NCBI GenBank assembly: GCA_022813965.1 | Contig: JALDZS010000214.1 | Location: 1-37,401 of the forward strand | Length of the DNA stretch: 37,401 bases | Reading direction: 5' to 3' | Origin: Toensbergia leucococca | Taxonomy: Eukaryota | Part shown: piece after piece, positions 31,296 to 37,401 of the stretch | How positions within the stretch are numbered: position 1 is the stretch's first letter | How the letters are laid out: every line of letters begins with the position of its first letter | The notes under the pieces: model-generated | Told to the model about the DNA's origin: nothing | What the model saw: the letters and a program-made list of their open reading frames with translations, nothing else | Databases searched by the model: none | Program-made: the position numbers and the translations under genes

Positions 31296-33061
31296 ATGGC
31301 TGACCCTTTCAGTATCATTGCCCTGATCATATCGTTCAAAGAAGTCTACCTACTCTCCAAATCAATCTACGAAGCCTTTGAGTCTGCCCGAGCCAGTGAA
31401 GCCGAACGCAGGAAGCTACAGACTGATTTCAGGTTCGAGTATGTCTTTGTCCAGTCTTTCGGCCGATTCTACCTGCAAAGAAAGGCCATTGAGAGCAATG
31501 GAGACGAGGGTTGGTACGCCAATCCCCAAGACTACACCTAAACCAAGTGTCGTTGCTGACTACCTTATCTCCATATGCATAGCCATGTGCAGACCTCATG
31601 TACGTTATCTTCGAGGAGTTGAGAAAATGCGCAACGGAATATGAGAAGCTGGCAATCACCGATGACAAAACCTATGTTGAATACTCTCCCTATCACAACG
31701 TCGACAAGTACAACACGAAAATTGTCGAGTTCGACCTCACACAACCCATCCCTCCAGTTGCCCCTCCCAAGAAACCAACAGTACTGAGCAATATCTTTGG
31801 CGGAGAGAAGGATCGCGTCAAATCCATTGTGGTGTCGGCACGATGGGCCTTGTACGACAAAGACAAGCTCCAAGGCGTCATCGATACATACAAAGCGGAG
31901 AACCAGAAATTGAAAGATCTTCTGCCTTTGGTCATGTGGGCGCAGCTGTCGAATGTCAAGGATAAAGTGCAAGTGCTGGGTGTGCTTGGAACAGTCATAG
32001 AAGATGACGATGCCGATACTCTGGGCTTGAAGTTGCATGCGCAGAGGCGGCGACTCAATGAAGGGCCCCTTGAAAGCGACAAGGCTGATCACGAGCTGAA
32101 AGGGGACAACTTTGTGGCGGCATCATGTTCTACATCATCAGACTTGAGAATTGGAAAGCTCCAGAAAACGAGTTCCGGCCTGAAGCGCCCACCTTGTCCC
32201 ACGGTCTTGATGGAAATCAAACCTTACCCTCCTTTTGAGAATGAGGATGCTATCATGGATGTAGAAACCGAAGAGAATGTGCGGACACTTGCTAGCATTC
32301 TCTTTGTCTCCTCTGGTGAGATGCGAGGTCTCCGCACATTACCTTTCAAAGGGTACATCAAGCAGCCAAAAATGAAACAATACGCCTTTATATATAATTT
32401 CCCTCCTGCGGCAAAGCAAATCGAGCCAGAATCCCTGAATTCTATCATTGGCAATCCCGCCAACGCAAAAGAGCGTTTCTCACTCTCGACGAGATTCCAT
32501 GTCGCTCAAATGATTGCTCATAGTATCAGCGTTTTTCACGCAGACAAATGGGTCCACAAAACCTTGAGCAGTCGATCTGTGGTCTTCTTCCGCAGTGTCT
32601 ATGACGACTCATTATTGGTAGAAAACCCGTACCTAATCGATTTTGAATACTCGCGGCCAGAAGACAAGAAGACGGTGGCTTTCTATAGTAATCCTGCGAG
32701 TGCAATGAACCTTTATCTTCACCCCGACCGACCTGCCAGAAAGTTTAGTAAGGTCCACGACCTATACGCACTCGGGGTGGTATTGCTGGAAATTGCTACT
32801 TGGAGGTCGGCCCAGGATATCTTCGACGAAGCTTGTGATGATTTGGGTTCTAACATTGACGATGTATCCAACGAGGACCTTAGAAGACATTATATCAAAG
32901 TGGCGCATAGAAGCATTCCACATCATATGGGTAAAACATACTTAGAGGCTGTGGTTATGTGTCTGAATGACACCTTCCAGGGCCAAACGGGTGGCAAGAA
33001 TTTCGGGAGCATTTTTCAGAGAGACGTTGTCGAGAAATTGAGCGCTAAACATTTGCTTTGA
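31296..33061 (+). CDS. HeLo/HeLo-like (prion-inhibition and propagation) domain plus C-terminal pseudokinase (~560 aa)
   Basis: Exon 1 is 31296-31509 (MADPFSIIALIISFKEVYLLSKSIYEAFESA..). The best in-frame intron is 31510-31592 (GTTGGT..GCTGAC..CAG; boundary less certain). Exon 2 has the HeLo-type RWALYDKDKLQGVIDTYKAENQKLKDLL and a kinase-like C-lobe: LSTRFHVAQMIA..FHADKWVHKTLSSRSVVFF..PYLIDFEYSR..LYLHPD..DLYALGVVLLEIATW. Confidence 0.82.
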
Positions 33062-34310
33062 GCAGGCCTCCAAAAGATTTTTCATATGATGATCACGGTT
33101 AACGAATGATGGTAATAGAAGTCAAGCCTGACGTACTACCTCTGGATCTTTTCTCCAAAATGGACTCGACATGGAGTGATCAAGGTCTGAGTTTCACAGA
33201 ATAGCTTGCTGCTTATCCCTCAGTGTCAGGAATGTCATCGGAAATTTTTCAGTAGGTAGATATATGATTTTGATCTGGTCTAAGCAGTACTTACCTTTGT
33301 CGCTCTTCTTCCGTTGTCTTCCATCGTTCACTGATCCATCTGGGAGCCTTTCTTTCCACCGCCAGCTATATCGTCAAACTCACACGCACTCTCCATCAAC
33401 TCATAGAACAAATGCCTAAAGATTGCAACCGTGCTCGACCACTGGCACGCCAAGGGTTGAAAATAATTCTGTGTATGACTTGCTGAAATCGCGGAGATAA
33501 AAACTAGTTACCTACGATCTGATGACTTTGACCAACCGAAGCAAATACTCAAATAGGAAAGCCACGCGATTAGGAAGTCAAAGGGCCGCCGCTGTTGCAT
33601 GATGCTCCGTCAAAAGCCTTGCTTTTCCTTTGGGATCGAAAGCTTCTTGGGATTTTCTAGACTCAAGGGATGAAGCTATCGCTCACAGCTACTCCCCAGG
33701 ATACAGGGATAAATTTGATCAGAGGGTCAGACATCAAGGAGCGCTCACTAGGGGTTGTCTTCATCACGTTCAGAGCCGATTGAAGCTGCTATGGATGAAC
33801 CTTGGAAACGCCGTTTTTCTTCTCTGCTGGCCTCAACTTATTCGATACACAAAAATATCCAAATACCATATTGACTTAGTGTATAAAGACCTTCTTGTCC
33901 AATGTTTTGTATTTGCTCAGTATGCAATGTCTCATGTGTTCAAAGCTGTTTAGGCCGTCAATCCTGATCAATTCTGACTTCGGTATGTCAAGATTGTGAG
34001 TGCATGATTGTCACTCATCTATGGCTAGAATTCCAAATGAGGTTTTAGTAAAGATGTAAAATGAGATGTGATTTAGACAGTCATACAGAACAGGATACGA
34101 CTAGAAGTACGACTGCTCGTGCAGATTGGAACACCCCCGTGACTCTTGAAGCCTTGTAGGGCTGTCTTGTTGTGATACGTCCGAGTAAATATTCATCTTG
34201 AATGACGTAAGACGAGTCACAATAAAGACTCACAGACTCACGTTTAGAGGTTTCATTGCCGTAAGGCTCCTGAAGTTGTATCGTTGTTCATGTCTACGAC
34301 ATAGAGAACC

Positions 34311-36109
34311 ATGGCAGCTCACTTGTCTTCTTCGCATCAGTCTTGCTCTGCTGGCAGAGTGATTGTTCGTCTGCTACTATCCTTTCTTGCACTACCGTCA
34401 CCAACGGCAGCGTTATGGAGCAAAAGCGGGACCAGTGCCGCCAACCAAGTGCCTCTAAATCCATTGGGGTCCTCGAGCAACCTACATCTGCTTGATTCCT
34501 TTGCACCCGAACACGACTTTGAATTGAGACATATTTTTCACCATGGCACCTATGCCCATCCATACCTGCACCGCCGGCTGGACATCAAAGCTACACATCC
34601 TACTTTAGTCAAGACCGAGGATGAGCAAAACGTACGGAGAAATCATCCACTTCGCGCAAGAACGAAAGCATCCCTAATCCAAAGGATGTCTGATCGACGG
34701 ATGTCGTCGATTGAGTCTCTCATGCAAGAAGCTCGGCTGACTGGAGCGGCCTCTACGTTATCTTTCTCGGCTTGGACTATGGATGAACTTTACGGACCCA
34801 ACATTACCGACAAAGAGACGGTGCTCAACCTGGCAAGAATGGCCGCCGATGCATATATACTGTTACCAGGTACCGAAGACTGGGAATGGCAGAATATAAG
34901 CACCGGCTTCAACTATTCGAATAGTTTTGGATGGGAATCAGATGGCCTCAGGGGTCATATTTTCGCGGACAAGACCAACTCTACTATTGTCATTGCTCTC
35001 AAGGGTACCTCGCTCGCCGTCTACACTGGAGACGGCACATCAACCAATGACAAGGAAAATGACAATCTGCTCTTCAGCTGTTGTTGTGGACAAGGTGGCC
35101 AATATACATGGCGTTCAGTCTGTGATTGTTACTCCTCTACGTACACGTGTAATAACACATGCCTTGTCCAGGCTTCGAAACAGGAGAACAGATACTATAG
35201 GGCTGCGTTAAATCTCTATGGTAATGTCACTGAGCTTTATCCTCAATCAGACGTCTGGGTGACGGGTCATTCGCTCGGCGGATCTGTAGGCAGCCTACTT
35301 GGAATGACGTTTGGCTTGCCTGTTGTTACATTCGAAGCTCCACCAGAGGCACTCGCTTTCAGGAGACTCAGAATCCCCTAACCCCCAGACTCCGACCCCA
35401 ATGCCCCACAGCGCAATAAATTCAGCGTATCATATCATTTTGGTCATACGGCCGACCCTCTTTTCATGGGATCCTGCAACGGAGCTCTTTCATGGTGTAC
35501 GCTTGCCGGGTTCGCATTCGAGTCCCAATGCCACGCAGGAAGGGTGTGCACGTACGATACTGTTCAAGACAAAGGCTGGAGGGTGGACATTCGGACCCAT
35601 GAAATCCATCCTGTTATTGAAAATGTCATCAAGGCTTATGATAGTGTGCCGTCTTGCGGATTGGATACCGAGTGTCGGGATTGCTTTAATTGGAAGTACT
35701 TTGAGAGTAATGGCTCTGATGTGACAACTTCGAGCTTTACTAGTAGGAGTAGTACTTCTTTTAGTCAGACACGGACCGCAACGTGTGTGACTCCAGGCTG
35801 GTGGGGGTAGGTCTCTCGCAAGTTTATGATTTTCCATGCTCGAAATCTTTCTAATAAAGTCTTGATGCAGTTACCTCGACAAAAGCACAGCAACGGAGCC
35901 CAGCACATCTTTATCAACAACCTCAACAACTTTAACATGCAAAACTCCAGGTTGGTCTTACCAACCCGCAGCTCTTTCATTCCTTCAAGCTAATATAGAC
36001 ATCAGGTTGGTTCAGCTGCAAAGATGCAACGACCACGACAACAGCTCAAACTCCCGTTACCCCTCTCACCCCGACCATAACAGAATTTTACTCACAATCA
36101 ACACCCTGA
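34311..36109 (+). pseudogene. ATG15: Autophagy lipase Atg15 homologue with an in-frame premature TAA (35379-35381)
   Basis: Motifs [46 protein letters not shown] and lipase WVTGHSLGG. The frame continues past the TAA into [22 protein letters not shown] and TCVTPGWWG. Introns at 35807-35870 and 35951-36005, then a Thr-rich tail. Family identity is very clear; pseudogene status is less certain. Confidence 0.8.
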
Positions 36110-36747
36110 ACTGCCATCCACTACAACAATAGCTCCTCGGCCGTTGCCGTCATAGCTTTCAACTCCACTTTCACCACCTGCTTGGAGGCCCACTCGAAAT
36201 ACCCTGAATCATGTGCTCCATCCATGCCCGTTACTACCTTTAGCTAAACTCAATCCAAAGCCTACGCCCTCCATTTGTCAGACAGCTGAAGCGCGCCAAG
36301 ATTACCGCCGCCCCCGCTCGGAATCCTTCAATCAGCCTCAAATTGTCACAATCCCATAAATCACATAACCTCGTGAACCCCGCGGGTTAGGGTATAAGGC
36401 TTTTACTGAAGTCTGAAGAGTGAAACAATGAAATCATATGATGCATCACGAAAGGATACTCATGTCTTTCTTCTTACAAATTTGATGTGAACGTTCGAAG
36501 TCAGATTATCTGACCTCACAGCGCATTGAGAACTTTTGTTTTTTTTTAAGAAGAAAGTGACAGGGAGGGGGGATTTTCTATGATATTGTGAGAGGTTTTT
36601 TTATGGGAAATTTTTTGATTTAGATTAGGTACGATAATTTTACATGAGTGGGTGGTGAAGCTACGCGGGCGGTGCTCGCAGATACAAGATTTTGTATTGT
36701 AAATACAAAGATTTTTGAAGCTATTTCTTAAGGGAATTACTAATCCT

Positions 36748-37337
36748 ACACCCCTTTTTGATACATCTACATCCCCCCCCCGTCTAGGGCCCGGGCGCAA
36801 GATCACAGGGAAAACTCACGATTTCACACCACGTTTGCACTGTATTCTCTACCTCTATTGCATGCCAGCTACCTCCTCAATAGCGTGCCATTTAGTAGCA
36901 AGCTTTACCTAGGGAATCTTCATGCTTTTCTACCTTATCTTGACTCGATTTCCCACCCCATTCCGACTCAATTTTCACACCCCATTCTGACTTGATTTCG
37001 CACCCCATTCTGACTCAATTTCCTGTGGATAACAGAGTATTTCATGATTTTGGAACGAGGTAGATGGCTTGCAAAATCATAATGTTTTTAGCTGCCCAGG
37101 GGGTGATGGTGCGCCCCGGGGGTGAGGGAAATTGAGTCAGGATGTGGTAGAAAAAGCACGGTTTTTTCTCCTAGGTAATTTGGCTTCCAGATGGCACGCA
37201 AAATGAAACAGCTAAATAGCTTGCAAAGTGGTAGAGAATTGAGGTAGGATGTGGTGCGAAATGATCAAATTTCCCTCGGTGATATTGCGCCTAAAGGGTG
37301 ATGAGGGGGGTTGTACAGATATGAAAAGGGGGGTGTC
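36748..37337. mobile_element. Old, diverged inverted-repeat (MITE/foldback-like) element with internal ~23-bp tandem subrepeats
   Basis: 36748-36960 matches the reverse complement of ~37120-37337 in ordered blocks: acacccc.ctttt, ggcgcaa.atcac, atttc.caccac, attctctacc, gcgtgccat, ttacctagg, tgctttt.ctacc, tgactc.atttccc. The subrepeat tgactcaattt..caccccattc occurs 3-4 times at 36941-37023. Confidence 0.6.
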
Positions 37338-37401
37338 CTGGTATCAGGAGCATTGATATAAGGTGTGAAGGGTCTTGTATACTCTGCTTGTGCTCTATGA
37401 A

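Noticed and set aside
33100..34300. 107-aa ORF and a minus-strand GTAAGT donor-like site near 33290
   Set aside because: The minus-strand frames I translated contain repeated stops and no family was recognisable.
35376..36395. Telomere-like CCCTAACCC (at the ATG15 stop) and GGGTTAGGG (~36385)
   Set aside because: These are isolated single units, expected by chance, with no array.
36941..37023. Regularly spaced ~23-bp repeats as a CRISPR-like array
   Set aside because: The units are directly abutting with no unique spacers, the context is eukaryotic, and there are no cas genes.

Overview
Genomic DNA from a filamentous ascomycete (Pezizomycotina), judged from short GT/GC-AG introns with CTRAY branch sites and from gene content. 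Positions 1-10.3 kb hold a dense housekeeping block of three head-to-head pairs: UTP7/TSR1, SEC17/GatC-like Gta3 and HMG-CoA lyase/DPH1. Next come a predicted single-pass membrane protein ending in two zinc fingers, a near-perfect ~290-bp foldback/MITE, a class III aminotransferase, a small CaaX-terminated ORF, a small spliced coiled-coil gene absent from the ORF track, and a BRD8/Bdc1-like bromodomain gene. The most unusual locus is a divergent pair at 26.7-33.1 kb. One gene encodes an intact-looking Ser/Thr kinase followed in frame, across a single TAG, by ankyrin, WW-like and degenerate Ca2+/H+ exchanger (CAX/Vcx1) regions. The other encodes a HeLo-like domain plus pseudokinase. Together they resemble a RIPK3/MLKL-type cell-death module with a possible integrated membrane sensor or decoy (inference). 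The window ends with an ATG15 lipase gene carrying an in-frame TAA and an old, diverged inverted-repeat element. All exon boundaries were read by hand and no database searches were run.
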